From a virus (lineage: Duplodnaviria; Caudoviricetes), in the IMG/VR virus record IMGVR_UViG_3300037484_000230, positions 1-40,143 of that record: a stretch of 40,143 nt of DNA, one strand, 5' to 3'. Made by a program: the position numbers and the translations under genes. Shown here in pieces: positions 7,471-16,782 of this stretch; positions within the stretch are counted from its first letter, which is position 1; each line of letters starts with the position of its first letter. The notes below the pieces were generated by a model that worked only from the letters and a program-made list of their open reading frames with translations, searched no databases and was not told where the DNA came from.

Positions 7471-7499
7471 TTGACATGGGGCTGAGGGCATGATACAGT
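7471..7499 (+). promoter_or_regulatory. sigma70-type promoter for the replication module
   Basis: TTGACA-17-TACAGT with TGn. Confidence 0.7.
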
Positions 7500-7646
7500 A
7501 ACAATATGATTCGCCACCGGCAAAGATTCCGAAAGGACACACCGGAAGATTGGTCAGGCATGATCCTGACGGCGGACTGACAACACAAAGGGGCGAGAGT
7601 GGCCCAAACACTCGGGGGTCGGTAGGAACATTTTTAAGGAGGAAGT

Positions 7647-7727
7647 ATGACTTGGGTAATCTGCTTTATGTTCGCTGGAATTGCTCTTCTTCTTGTGCTG
7701 ATGTGGCTGGATGATTCAGGAGTCTAA
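7647..7727 (+). CDS. 26-aa membrane micro-protein
   Basis: AAGGAGG SD, single hydrophobic stretch. Confidence 0.55.
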   Translation: MTWVICFMFAGIALLLVLMWLDDSGV

Positions 7728-7739
7728 AAGGAGAAAATT

Positions 7740-7889
7740 ATGTATGCGTTTTGTTTTCTTGTGTTTCTTTCCTGCACAAATTTTCTAGGAATTATTTTTG
7801 GAGAGAGCGCCCTGCATAGAATAATCAATGCAGTCTTTAGCATGGGACTCGGTATTGCAGCTTATCAAGTGTGGTACTTGTTACCGTAA
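7740..7889 (+). CDS. 49-aa two-TM micro-protein
   Basis: AAGGAG SD, TAATG coupling to the helicase. Confidence 0.6.
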   Translation: MYAFCFLVFLSCTNFLGIIFGESALHRIINAVFSMGLGIAAYQVWYLLP

Positions 7890-8770
7890 TGAGCGACATT
7901 CAATCAAAATTTGATCCAACTATTCTGAACGATGTGGCGATTGATCTCCAGAAAGCTTTCAACACAGGAGACATGAAGCACATCGAGAAGATTATGGCAA
8001 CGCTGAGCAATCTCCGGCCTGCGGGGACCGTGGCGGTTCAGCGAGCAGATCAGGTGATCGTGCCAACGTATAGCGATCAATTCTTGAAGACAGGTATCCC
8101 GTGGTTGGACGAGTACCTGGGTGGTGGACTGCGACGACAAGAACTCGTCATTATCGGGGGAGCCCCACATCAGGGCAAGACCCACATCTTGTCGTTCCTC
8201 GCCGCAGCCTACCTAAAATCAAATAGTCGCCTGAAGGTCTTGCATTTTAATGGCGAAGACCTGTTGGGCGACGTGATGGATATGTACCACAACGCTCTCA
8301 GTGATGAAGAACAACTCAGCCGATTATACTTGGCTGATGTGATTGAGGCAAAATTCGATGTAGCGACAGTAGATCGAGCTGTTACAAATAATCCCGTGGA
8401 TATCGTGGTCGTAGACCATTTGGATATCATGCACGCAGGGGGGGAGACAGGAACGGATTGGTTGGCTGTGTCTGAGATTGCCAGGGGGCTTCGTTTCATT
8501 GCGAAGAAGCATAATATTCTGATGTTAATCGGGAGTCAACTGAACTTTATTGACGAATCGGCAGAAAACCCGAAGGCGGGAATGATTAGGTTCTTTCGAG
8601 CGAAGGTGGGAAAAGCCTCTCATGCTGATGTGATTTTGCTCATGGGTAAATCAACAAAGAATGAAATTGAAATGGAATTGGCAAAAGCAAGAGGTCGCCG
8701 TATTAAGGGACGATATATGGTATGGACATATGACTTCACTTCAATGGAAATTGAAGGGCGGTGGCTTTAA
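7889..8770 (+). CDS. DnaB-like (SF4) replicative helicase, RecA-fold domain
   Basis: Walker A GAPHQGKT, Walker B VVVDHL, SQLN, ADVI and KAR arginine finger. Confidence 0.85.
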   Translation: MSDIQSKFDPTILNDVAIDLQKAFNTGDMKHIEKIMATLSNLRPAGTVAVQRADQVIVPTYSDQFLKTGIPWLDEYLGGGLRRQELVIIGGAPHQGKTHILSFLAAAYLKSNSRLKVLHFNGEDLLGDVMDMYHNALSDEEQLSRLYLADVIEAKFDVATVDRAVTNNPVDIVVVDHLDIMHAGGETGTDWLAVSEIARGLRFIAKKHNILMLIGSQLNFIDESAENPKAGMIRFFRAKVGKASHADVILLMGKSTKNEIEMELAKARGRRIKGRYMVWTYDFTSMEIEGRWL

Positions 8771-9345
8771 TGGAATTTCAAGGTTATCCAAAAATGGCCC
8801 GTTTGTCCCGTGATATGATTATTACGGAGAAAATTGATGGGACAAACGCGCAAATTTACATTGCAGAGGGTTGTGAGCCCCATATATGCCAAAGCGGGAG
8901 AGTTGTCCCATTCCTTGTTGGGAGTAGAACTCGATGGATTTTTCCAGAAAATGATAATTTTGGATTTGCTCAGTGGGCATACGATCACGCTGATGAACTC
9001 CTGAAACTCGGCCCAGGGCGGCATTTCGGGGAGTGGTGGGGTGGTAAAATTCAACGGGGATATGGCCTCAAAGAAAAACGATTTTCTCTTTTTAATGTTG
9101 AACAATGGAATGATCCCTTGACAGAGCCAGCGTGCTATGATATAGTACCAATAATCTATAAAGGGGTCTTTAGTGAGACTGTAATTAACCTAGCATTGAA
9201 GGACCTTCGTGTGAATGGTAGCTATGCAGCACCGGGTTTTATGAATCCAGAAGGCATTGTGATCTGGCACACAGCGGCCAACATAGGCTTCAAAAAAACA
9301 TTGGTGGATGATGAAAAACCCAAATCAATGCCAGTGCGGGCATAA
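8770..9345 (+). CDS. Rnl2-like ATP-dependent polynucleotide (RNA) ligase, adenylation domain only
   Basis: Motif I TEKIDGTN, FGEW, FSLF, EGIV and a terminal KK. Confidence 0.85.
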   Translation: MEFQGYPKMARLSRDMIITEKIDGTNAQIYIAEGCEPHICQSGRVVPFLVGSRTRWIFPENDNFGFAQWAYDHADELLKLGPGRHFGEWWGGKIQRGYGLKEKRFSLFNVEQWNDPLTEPACYDIVPIIYKGVFSETVINLALKDLRVNGSYAAPGFMNPEGIVIWHTAANIGFKKTLVDDEKPKSMPVRA

Positions 9346-10045
9346 TAGTTATTGGTCTGAACTGCCTGACGGTCAAAGAGTGTACTGTTTTGGCTGTCAT
9401 CAGACCTTTCCATCGACGGGGCAAGGGGCTCTGCAATCTGGGAGAATGGTCGTAGACCGCCCAGATTCAACTGACAATTGGGAAACCAAGCCGTTAGAGC
9501 CCTTTGCCCTCCCTGTGGAATCACGACCACTACGAACAACGGATTGGCTGGAGCGATGGCCTGCGATCACTCCAGAATTAGCGAAGAAGTTTGGCTGGTA
9601 CATCGCGGAGATTAACGGGTATGAATATCTGGTTATGCCAATTACTCGCGGTGGACAAGCCGTTTTCTATTCTGCACGAGCTTTGGATGCTCGTGCTCCA
9701 AAAAAGTATCATTACCCTGCTGGAGTCAAACGAGATTACTGGCTCTCTGATGACCAGTTGGCACGACAACCAGTTTTCCTTTGTGAAGGCGTGGCTGATG
9801 CCGTGGCTCTCTCGCCCTACGGGTCTTCTGTAGGGCTACTTGGTGGCTCTTATGATGGGAGATTGAACGATTTATTGAAGGGCAAACGAGTGATTGTGTC
9901 GTTTGATGGGGATTTTCAAGGATATTGCCTAGCTGTGCAAGTGGCTGCAAAAATAACAACCGCCAAGTGTGCTGCAATCTGGATAAATTATGGAAAAGAC
10001 CCGACTGATTGGACACGGGAAGAGGCAGAGGACGCATGCCAGTAA
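9308..10045 (+). CDS. DNA primase (Zn-ribbon + TOPRIM)
   Basis: CxC...CFGC; CEGVADA, FDGD and KDP TOPRIM motifs. Confidence 0.82.
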   Translation: MMKNPNQCQCGHNSYWSELPDGQRVYCFGCHQTFPSTGQGALQSGRMVVDRPDSTDNWETKPLEPFALPVESRPLRTTDWLERWPAITPELAKKFGWYIAEINGYEYLVMPITRGGQAVFYSARALDARAPKKYHYPAGVKRDYWLSDDQLARQPVFLCEGVADAVALSPYGSSVGLLGGSYDGRLNDLLKGKRVIVSFDGDFQGYCLAVQVAAKITTAKCAAIWINYGKDPTDWTREEAEDACQ

Positions 10046-12345
10046 AGAAGGCCCCTAAATTGTTTGGCTGCGCGGCTTGCCCGTGGGGTTCGAGTAAGGA
10101 ACAGCATTTTGTGGCTCCTGAGATTCCCGAGAATCCGAATCTCATTATGGTGACAGAGGTTCCAGATTATCCTCTGATCCTACAACGAATTTGTGAAGAG
10201 CATAGTATCAGGCCAGTTTTCCTGAGTGCAGCAAATTGCTGTCATCAAGCCGATCCTGAAATTGGTGTGATTAAGGCATGCCGTGATGCGTATGTTCGAC
10301 CGATCTTAGAGCAATACCCCGGAGTGCCAGTTGTCGGGTATGGCCCTCTTGCTGCCTCTTCGTTACTTGGTGGAAATCGGAAACTGAAGGGCCTGTTGTA
10401 TGACGCAAAAATGATTGATGGGCGATTGGTGATGTTCACCCACCATCCAGATTTTTATAAACAGACCCATAATAGGTCTGTTCTTCAGCATATCGAAACA
10501 ACGACAGCTTGTGCTGTCAAACCACGATTAGGGTATCCGTCTCATATCGGATGGTCGAGATATATTCTTGATGAAATCTTTTCGTCAGATGAAATTATCT
10601 TAGACGTTGAAACAGAGAATCCTCCACCCCCGATTCTTGAACCAGGGCAAAAACCAAAGAAGCAATCAAATTTTATTTACCCGTGGATGGGGGGGAAACT
10701 CGCGTGGATCGGTCTTCGAGCGAAAGGTGAATCATATACGTGGTGTGTGTATGATGATTATGACTCTGAGTTGATGCAGGAACTTCGTTATCGGTTTTCT
10801 GAGTACGAAGGCGATATCCCCGGATATAATGTCAAAGGGGACATGGTGTTTCTTGCCTATTATGGCATTAGAGCACCAAAAGCTCGACTGTGGGATTGCA
10901 TGGTCTGGAAGAAGAGTCAGTCTGTCTGGCCGACTGAGGGGCTTGGGCTGAAATGGTCAGCTAAGAAAGATTTTGGAGCAGATGCGTATGAGGCCGAAGT
11001 GCATAGTCTGTGGGATCAGAAAGTCCCAACGAGCCAAATCGGCTTTGAGAAAATGCGGAATTATTTGGCTGGGGATTTACTGTATACTGATCTGATCTCC
11101 CAGCAGCAAGCCAAAGAACCCATGACGTATGCGTTTAAGCTGTCAACTGATTATCTGCCCGTGATTACCGACATGGAAATTAACGGATTCCACGTAGATA
11201 TAGGAATTGTTCTTGCTGAAATTACGAAGAATATTGAAGAACAGAAACTCTTGAGGCATGAGATTGATGTCATGGCAAGAGCCGCAGGATATGCTGAATT
11301 CAATCCGCAGTCCCCACAGCAAATTTTGGTATTGCTGGAGTCGGTCGGTATTCGTTTGGCTGCGACAGATGAAGAAACACTTGAGCAGAATGCCCATCGT
11401 CATCCAATTCTCGCCACCCTCTCCAAACTGAGGAAGGCAGTTAAAAAGAAGTCAACGTATTGGGATACCTTTTTAAGGTGGGCGACTCACCCAGTCGGTG
11501 ATGGTGGGGTCCACTCACAGCATGGGGTTCAAGGGACAGAAGGCGGAAGGCTGAATAGCCGAAATCCGAACATGCAGAATCCCCCGGAGGCCGTGCGGCA
11601 TTGCTTCATTTCCCGCTATCCAGGAGGGAAACTTCTTGATCCAGACTTGGCGGCATTGGAATACCGGCTGATTGCTCATGCTTCACAGGACCCCGTATTG
11701 TGCGGGATGTTTCAACGGAAAGGCTTTTCAACCACCAAAGATAAAGATGATATCCATATCGCGGCTGCGATGGAAGTCTATGCGCTCTCGGTTGAAGACG
11801 CTTTGGCCCGTCGGAGTGACGGGAAAACAGTGAACTACTTAGGTGTCTACGGGGGAGGATATGGGAAATTTCTTGAAGCCTCGGGGTTGGCAGATAGCCC
11901 CGATGCCGAGCAAATCTTCAAAAAAATCAAAAACTTATACGTTGAAGTTGAAGAATGGAAGCGTACTCTCATTCGTCGGCTCCACCAAACTGGACGGGTC
12001 ATCAATATGTTCGGGCGAGTACGTGAGTTTGAAGGACCGATCTCTCAAGACATCGAACGAGAAGCGATCAATTGGGCCATTCAATCGGCGGGGCATGATA
12101 TCCTTATTATCTTTATCTTGGAACTGTTGGATCGTTTTGAAGCAGAGGGTTTGGATAAGATTCTTCTCGTAGCTGAACTCCATGATGAACCAGTCTTTGA
12201 CGCCCCAGCGGACCAATGGGAACGCGGAGCGAAGATTGTTGAAGCGGTGGGTCTTGATTTGAACCGATTGATTCGTGAGTCATTCGGAGTGAACGTCTCC
12301 GTTCCGATCTTCGCAGAATGTAAAGTGCTAGAAAAATGGCGATAA
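10036..12345 (+). CDS. Family A DNA polymerase with N-terminal UDG-like and 3'-5' exonuclease domains
   Basis: Exo DVET, YN..GD, Y...D; motif A DLAALEYR, motif B RSDGKTVNY...YG, motif C LHDE; N-terminal CxxC..NC..C..HP. Confidence 0.93.
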   Translation: MPVKKAPKLFGCAACPWGSSKEQHFVAPEIPENPNLIMVTEVPDYPLILQRICEEHSIRPVFLSAANCCHQADPEIGVIKACRDAYVRPILEQYPGVPVVGYGPLAASSLLGGNRKLKGLLYDAKMIDGRLVMFTHHPDFYKQTHNRSVLQHIETTTACAVKPRLGYPSHIGWSRYILDEIFSSDEIILDVETENPPPPILEPGQKPKKQSNFIYPWMGGKLAWIGLRAKGESYTWCVYDDYDSELMQELRYRFSEYEGDIPGYNVKGDMVFLAYYGIRAPKARLWDCMVWKKSQSVWPTEGLGLKWSAKKDFGADAYEAEVHSLWDQKVPTSQIGFEKMRNYLAGDLLYTDLISQQQAKEPMTYAFKLSTDYLPVITDMEINGFHVDIGIVLAEITKNIEEQKLLRHEIDVMARAAGYAEFNPQSPQQILVLLESVGIRLAATDEETLEQNAHRHPILATLSKLRKAVKKKSTYWDTFLRWATHPVGDGGVHSQHGVQGTEGGRLNSRNPNMQNPPEAVRHCFISRYPGGKLLDPDLAALEYRLIAHASQDPVLCGMFQRKGFSTTKDKDDIHIAAAMEVYALSVEDALARRSDGKTVNYLGVYGGGYGKFLEASGLADSPDAEQIFKKIKNLYVEVEEWKRTLIRRLHQTGRVINMFGRVREFEGPISQDIEREAINWAIQSAGHDILIIFILELLDRFEAEGLDKILLVAELHDEPVFDAPADQWERGAKIVEAVGLDLNRLIRESFGVNVSVPIFAECKVLEKWR

Positions 12346-12776
12346 GTGCATGCTCTAGTTGCGGAAAAGAGGGATGGTTTGTAAAAAAGTGGAAATTATG
12401 CCGCCCGTGCTATTCTAAAAAAGTTAATAAACGCTATTTATCACAAAGAGCTATTTATAGTAAAAAACGCCGAGAGGCCAACCCAGAATTATTTCGTAAG
12501 CGGCAAAGAGCAACATCCTTAAAAAGACTTTACGGGATGTCTGAAAATGATTATCAAAAACTACTTATTTTACAAAATGGACAGTGCGGCCTTTGTGGTA
12601 AATTTTCTAATTCAAAACGACTTTCAGTAGACCATTGTCATCAAACTGGAAAAATTCGTGGATTAGTATGCCCATCTTGTAATTTTCTTCTTGGCTATAT
12701 AGAAAAATACTGGCAACTATTAGATAAAGCTAAAATTTATTTAAATAACTCTAGGCTGCATGGAAATAATGCTTGA
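12336..12776 (+). CDS. Endonuclease VII-family (His-Me finger) nuclease, possibly a homing endonuclease
   Basis: QNGQCGLC...VDHCHQTGKIRGLVCPSCN; visibly more AT-rich than its neighbours. Confidence 0.88.
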   Translation: MAISACSSCGKEGWFVKKWKLCRPCYSKKVNKRYLSQRAIYSKKRREANPELFRKRQRATSLKRLYGMSENDYQKLLILQNGQCGLCGKFSNSKRLSVDHCHQTGKIRGLVCPSCNFLLGYIEKYWQLLDKAKIYLNNSRLHGNNA

Positions 12777-12801
12777 CACGAGAGATGATACGTGATAGGA
12801 T
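12773..12801 (+). promoter_or_regulatory. sigma70-type promoter
   Basis: TTGACA-17-TAGGAT with TGn; ATG 7 nt downstream. Confidence 0.7.
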
Positions 12802-12807
12802 GACGAT

Positions 12808-13212
12808 ATGGACCCATACACACTTATATTGATGACCGTGATGATCTGCCGGGAGGCTCCGTTCGAGCCAATTAAGACCAAACTGGCTGTAGCGCAAACG
12901 GTGATGAACCGTGTGGACCATCCGGGATGGTGGGGGACGACTCCAGAAGAAGTCATCCTAGCACCATATCAATATTCAACAATGACGGCTCCGGGAGATA
13001 AACAATTAACCGTGTGGCCTGTGTCCAAGGGAGCTATTTTGAATGAATGCTTAACGGTTGCGAAAGCGGCATTGACAATAAAAAGCCCGATGGTCGTGAA
13101 AGGGGCAGATTCCTTCTATGCGGAAGGTATTCGACCGCCGAAATGGGCGACAGCGGAGGCATTTGTTGCTAAGCTAGGCCCATTATTCTTTTACAATACA
13201 GACGGAAAGTGA
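12808..13212 (+). CDS. SleB-like (Hydrolase_2) cell wall hydrolase, candidate endolysin
   Basis: REA, AVAQTVMNRV, EVI..PYQYS, F..Y and P.WA pattern. Confidence 0.85.
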   Translation: MDPYTLILMTVMICREAPFEPIKTKLAVAQTVMNRVDHPGWWGTTPEEVILAPYQYSTMTAPGDKQLTVWPVSKGAILNECLTVAKAALTIKSPMVVKGADSFYAEGIRPPKWATAEAFVAKLGPLFFYNTDGK

Positions 13213-13221
13213 GGAAGAGAC

Positions 13222-13599
13222 ATGGCACTCCCAGGAAGAACTCGGCGGGATACCTACAGCCAGAGTGAAGAAACGACGCAGGAAACGGGGGGAGAGGCAA
13301 AAGCCCCTGAGTCAACGTGGAAGAAGCATGATCGGCCTGCTGGTGGAAAGTTTTTCAAGTTCCAGAATGTTGAAGACTCGATTGAAGGGACGTTCAAATC
13401 ATTTTTTGAGTCGGAGTATGAGGGAAAGACTTCTGTGAATGCGACCTTGCTGGTTGGAAAACAGGAAATCTCTTTCCGTCTCACCATGCAACTTGAGCAG
13501 TATTTTAGCGATGTCAAGCCTGGGGATGCGGTGAAGGTGGTGTATAAGGGTAAAATTGGTAAGATGAAGAATTTTGATTTCTTCACTGAGCAGAAATAA
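13222..13599 (+). CDS. Probable ssDNA-binding (OB-fold-like) protein
   Basis: Size, beta-rich FKF..GD.V.V.Y.G pattern and replication context. Confidence 0.5.
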   Translation: MALPGRTRRDTYSQSEETTQETGGEAKAPESTWKKHDRPAGGKFFKFQNVEDSIEGTFKSFFESEYEGKTSVNATLLVGKQEISFRLTMQLEQYFSDVKPGDAVKVVYKGKIGKMKNFDFFTEQK

Positions 13600-13624
13600 T
13601 TTAACCAACGGAAAGGAGAGAAGA

Positions 13625-13840
13625 GTGTTTTTTAAGACCGCATCAGAGAAATTGGATCAGGAGTTTTCTGTTTTTGCCAAGGCGAAAGAGAATGCTGCGG
13701 CGGCTTGGGAGTTATCTAACCAGCAGATCACCCAGAATGATGAAAAGGCGAGAGCATTGGAATTGGAAACGACGGCTTTGGTGATTGTTCAGAATCGGGC
13801 GAGCAAGTTAATCGAAAAGATTAACGAACTGCTGGGATAA
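13625..13840 (+). CDS. Coiled-coil hypothetical protein
   Basis: AAGGAG SD before GTG. Confidence 0.65.
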   Translation: MFFKTASEKLDQEFSVFAKAKENAAAAWELSNQQITQNDEKARALELETTALVIVQNRASKLIEKINELLG

Positions 13841-13844
13841 GAAT

Positions 13845-13931
13845 ATGCTGACAATCGTGTGTATCATGTTATACTTGGTGACATTGGCGTATGTGGTCTC
13901 GTCAGAGACTCCGCCGGAAACGAGATGGTAA
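13845..13931 (+). CDS. 28-aa membrane micro-protein
   Basis: Hydrophobic; TAATG coupling. Confidence 0.45.
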   Translation: MLTIVCIMLYLVTLAYVVSSETPPETRW

Positions 13932-14260
13932 TGAGACGTTCACCGTGTCATTTGATTGAAACAGTGGTGTCTTCTCAAGAACAAGTGCTTGCAACCCAAG
14001 CTGTTCTTGATGAACGAGACCGTCAGGATGTGAAATGGGGAAGTCAGCGCCGTCTTTCAGATCAGGAATGGTTGACGATTCTTGTTGAAGAGGTAGGAGA
14101 GGCAGCCAAAGACATTCTTGACCAGAAGCCTGATGGCCTCAAGACAGAAGTTATGCAAGTGGCAGCCGTGGCGTTAGCATGGCTTGAGGCTTTAACGGTA
14201 AGACATGGCCCCGTGTGCTCTGTGTCTTCATTCAAGGAGTCTCATGCAAATCCAACGTGA
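13931..14260 (+). CDS. MazG-like NTP pyrophosphohydrolase
   Basis: ER.RQD.KWG, LVEEVGEAA, E..QVAAV all-alpha signature. Confidence 0.8.
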   Translation: MRRSPCHLIETVVSSQEQVLATQAVLDERDRQDVKWGSQRRLSDQEWLTILVEEVGEAAKDILDQKPDGLKTEVMQVAAVALAWLEALTVRHGPVCSVSSFKESHANPT

Positions 14261-15032
14261 CGAGCATTTTGCTGATGTCGTCAAGCAGAAGCTTCGTGCG
14301 CTTCAATTGGCGAAACGAAGGGACCTTGGAAGCGACGTGCATATCTCGGAATTGCTGAATCCTAGGAAAGCCTACTGGACTCGAACACTCGGAGAACGAG
14401 TCACAGACGAGTCCATAGGGTTTTTCATCACAGGAGAAGCGTTCCATCGAGTTGTGCAGGATGCGATGGGCTTGGAGTTCGCTGAGAAAAAGTTGACGTT
14501 GCCTGGGATTGTGGGCACAGCCGATCTGTGTGGCACCTATCTCTGCGAGATTAAGACATCGAGAAAGTGGACCATCCCGGAGCAGCCTGATCCGTACTAC
14601 GTCGAACAGGTGACTTCGTATGCGGCAATGGCTGATCGGGACGTGGCGTATATCTTTGTCATCTACTTCACCGCAGGACGTAAATGGGACGGGAGCAAAC
14701 CTTCGACGTTGGAAATGGTGTCTTGGAAAGTTGAACTCACTGACCAAGAACGAATTGATATCCGACAGAAGCTTCTGACTGAGGCGAATCGGTTGAATAA
14801 AGCCTTGGTCAAGAAAGACCCGCTGCTCCTTCAATTGTGCGCGGATTGGATGTGTGTGGGCATCTATCAAAATAAAGTCCAGAGAACATGCCCGTACTAT
14901 CACGATTGTCAACCAGAAGGTCGATATCCGATTGACGTGCTCCTGAAACCAATAGAGGAAAAGAAAAAGAAAGTCACCAAAACATTTAATAGCTTGGCTG
15001 AGAGGCTGACTGAATCTGTCCTTGGAGACTAA
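14244..15032 (+). CDS. Cas4/RecB-like PD-(D/E)xK exonuclease
   Basis: G..FH, GTAD, EIKT, Q...Y and a C-terminal Cys cluster. Confidence 0.82.
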   Translation: MQIQRDEHFADVVKQKLRALQLAKRRDLGSDVHISELLNPRKAYWTRTLGERVTDESIGFFITGEAFHRVVQDAMGLEFAEKKLTLPGIVGTADLCGTYLCEIKTSRKWTIPEQPDPYYVEQVTSYAAMADRDVAYIFVIYFTAGRKWDGSKPSTLEMVSWKVELTDQERIDIRQKLLTEANRLNKALVKKDPLLLQLCADWMCVGIYQNKVQRTCPYYHDCQPEGRYPIDVLLKPIEEKKKKVTKTFNSLAERLTESVLGD

Positions 15033-15033
15033 C

Positions 15034-15402
15034 ATGAAACTGAGTCACCTGTCATCACGAAGGCAAATCCAGGGGCTAAAAAAGAAAGTCTTATCGTCGC
15101 TTAATGTCCTGGATGATTTCCATGTGACGGTATCGAAAAAAGCACTCGATGATCCAAGAAGCTATGCGGAAGTCGATCATGTAAATAAAGAATTGGTGTT
15201 GAATCCAGAGAATGAGACTTTGGATGAATTTGTCTGTACCATCATCCACGAGATTCTTCACATCATGTCTCCTGAAACACCAGAACCAACGATTAAACGG
15301 TTGGAGGCCAGGCTAAGAGAACTTCTGACTCCATCGGATATGACGGTGATTTTTCGTACGGCTGCGGCGTGTGTCGAGTGGGAGGAAGTCTCTAATGGTT
15401 GA
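15034..15402 (+). CDS. Small HExxH (zincin-like) protein
   Basis: TIIHEILH with a downstream E. Confidence 0.65.
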   Translation: MKLSHLSSRRQIQGLKKKVLSSLNVLDDFHVTVSKKALDDPRSYAEVDHVNKELVLNPENETLDEFVCTIIHEILHIMSPETPEPTIKRLEARLRELLTPSDMTVIFRTAAACVEWEEVSNG

Positions 15403-16132
15403 GAAACCTAAGATACTCTTTTTTGACTTGGAAACAACCCCAAATGAAGGAACCTTTTGGGGATTGCGAGTGTTCGGGTATCTCTCCCCGGAGAATATCA
15501 CTCGTGAACGGACGATTATCTGTGCGAGTTGGAAGTGGAATGATAGCCCTGAAGTCCATTCGGTGAGCGTGACAGCGGCCCGACCAAATGATGATAAAGG
15601 TGTGGTGACGGCACTGTATGATGTGATGTGTCAAGCTGATGCGGCTATTGCTCATAACGGGGATAAATTTGACTTCCCGTGGATACGAACCCGCATGGTG
15701 TATCATGGATTGCCTGCTTTGCCGCCGGTGATTCAAATTGATACACGAAAGATTGCTAAGAAATATTTTAATTTTAACAGCAATAAGTTGTCGTATTTGG
15801 TTGAATTTTTTAAAATAGGCAAAAAAATTAAGACGGACTACGATTTGTGGAAAGCCTGTCTTGCTGGTGATGTAAAAGCATTAGCCAAGATGCTTCGGTA
15901 TAACAGACGTGATGTCGTGCTCTTGCCTAAAGTCTACAAAAAGCTGTCCCCGTATGTACCGGCTCGGATCAATGCTCAGTTGTTTGGGGATGGGAGACTT
16001 AACTGCAAACAGTGCGGAAGCCCGCGAGTTCAGCGACGGGGATTTGCGTATACGGTGGCGCACAAATATCCGAAGTATCAATGCAGTAAATGCGGCCATT
16101 GGTACCGAGATACAAAAGCGGTGAAACAGTGA
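15395..16132 (+). CDS. RNase H-fold DEDD 3'-5' exonuclease with a C-terminal Zn ribbon
   Basis: FDLET, HNGDKFD, IDT, YN..DV; CxxC...CxxC. Confidence 0.85.
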   Translation: MVEKPKILFFDLETTPNEGTFWGLRVFGYLSPENITRERTIICASWKWNDSPEVHSVSVTAARPNDDKGVVTALYDVMCQADAAIAHNGDKFDFPWIRTRMVYHGLPALPPVIQIDTRKIAKKYFNFNSNKLSYLVEFFKIGKKIKTDYDLWKACLAGDVKALAKMLRYNRRDVVLLPKVYKKLSPYVPARINAQLFGDGRLNCKQCGSPRVQRRGFAYTVAHKYPKYQCSKCGHWYRDTKAVKQ

Positions 16133-16500
16133 GTATTTCAATCAAAAGCAGAAAAGCCAAAGCACGGAGACTTCAGAACACTGTAAGAGATGAACTCAAT
16201 TCGTGTGGGTATCACACGAAATCTGCGATTATGGGGGAGTCTGGAGTCGATGTCTCAGGGTATGATTGCGAGTGGGGTGTAGAATGTAAAGCGGTTGAAA
16301 TGCTCAATATCTGGGCGGCGCTAAATCAGGCTGAACAGAATGCGAAAGCGAAGAACCTGATTCCGATTTTGGCATTCAAACGGAATCAAACAAAGGAATA
16401 TGTGGTCATTTCTCTTGAAGAATTTATTCGTCTTATCAAGCAGAGAAATGAATTAGTCACTCGTTTTAATGGTCCTCAATTACCTATGGGATCAGCATAA
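16129..16500 (+). CDS. PD-(D/E)xK Holliday-junction resolvase-like nuclease
   Basis: KA.R..Q, GVD, VECK, QA and KRN pattern; GTGA overlap. Confidence 0.72.
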   Translation: MSISIKSRKAKARRLQNTVRDELNSCGYHTKSAIMGESGVDVSGYDCEWGVECKAVEMLNIWAALNQAEQNAKAKNLIPILAFKRNQTKEYVVISLEEFIRLIKQRNELVTRFNGPQLPMGSA

Positions 16501-16509
16501 GGGGAGTAC

Positions 16510-16782
16510 ATGCCTAAGCCGATTAAGAAGCGTCGTGTAGATTTAATGGCTGTGTTGAGAGACCATGAAATTCGTATCACGTCTCTTGAACAGATTGTGT
16601 ATTCTCTTATCAATAAACTGGTAGCTGCCGCACGGGAGAACACTGATGAAGGAGGGATTAGGAGTGAATCCGAAGGACAAGTTAGGACTGACGAAACCTC
16701 GATTGAGTCTTGTCCCACCGCCGCTGATGATCTATGTGTCGAAAGTCATGGAGTTGGGAGCGAAGAAGTACGGGCCGTATAA
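16510..16782 (+). CDS. Hypothetical coiled-coil protein overlapping the next gene
   Basis: GGGGAG SD; DHEIRITSLE heptad. Confidence 0.5.
   Translation: MPKPIKKRRVDLMAVLRDHEIRITSLEQIVYSLINKLVAAARENTDEGGIRSESEGQVRTDETSIESCPTAADDLCVESHGVGSEEVRAV

Noticed and set aside
7515-7545. c-di-GMP-I riboswitch (GGCAAA...GAAA)
   Set aside because: Lacks the downstream GACGCAAAGC and receptor elements; the resemblance is partial only.
14232-15035. 267-aa antisense ORF
   Set aside because: Shadow of the Cas4-like gene; no motifs or SD.
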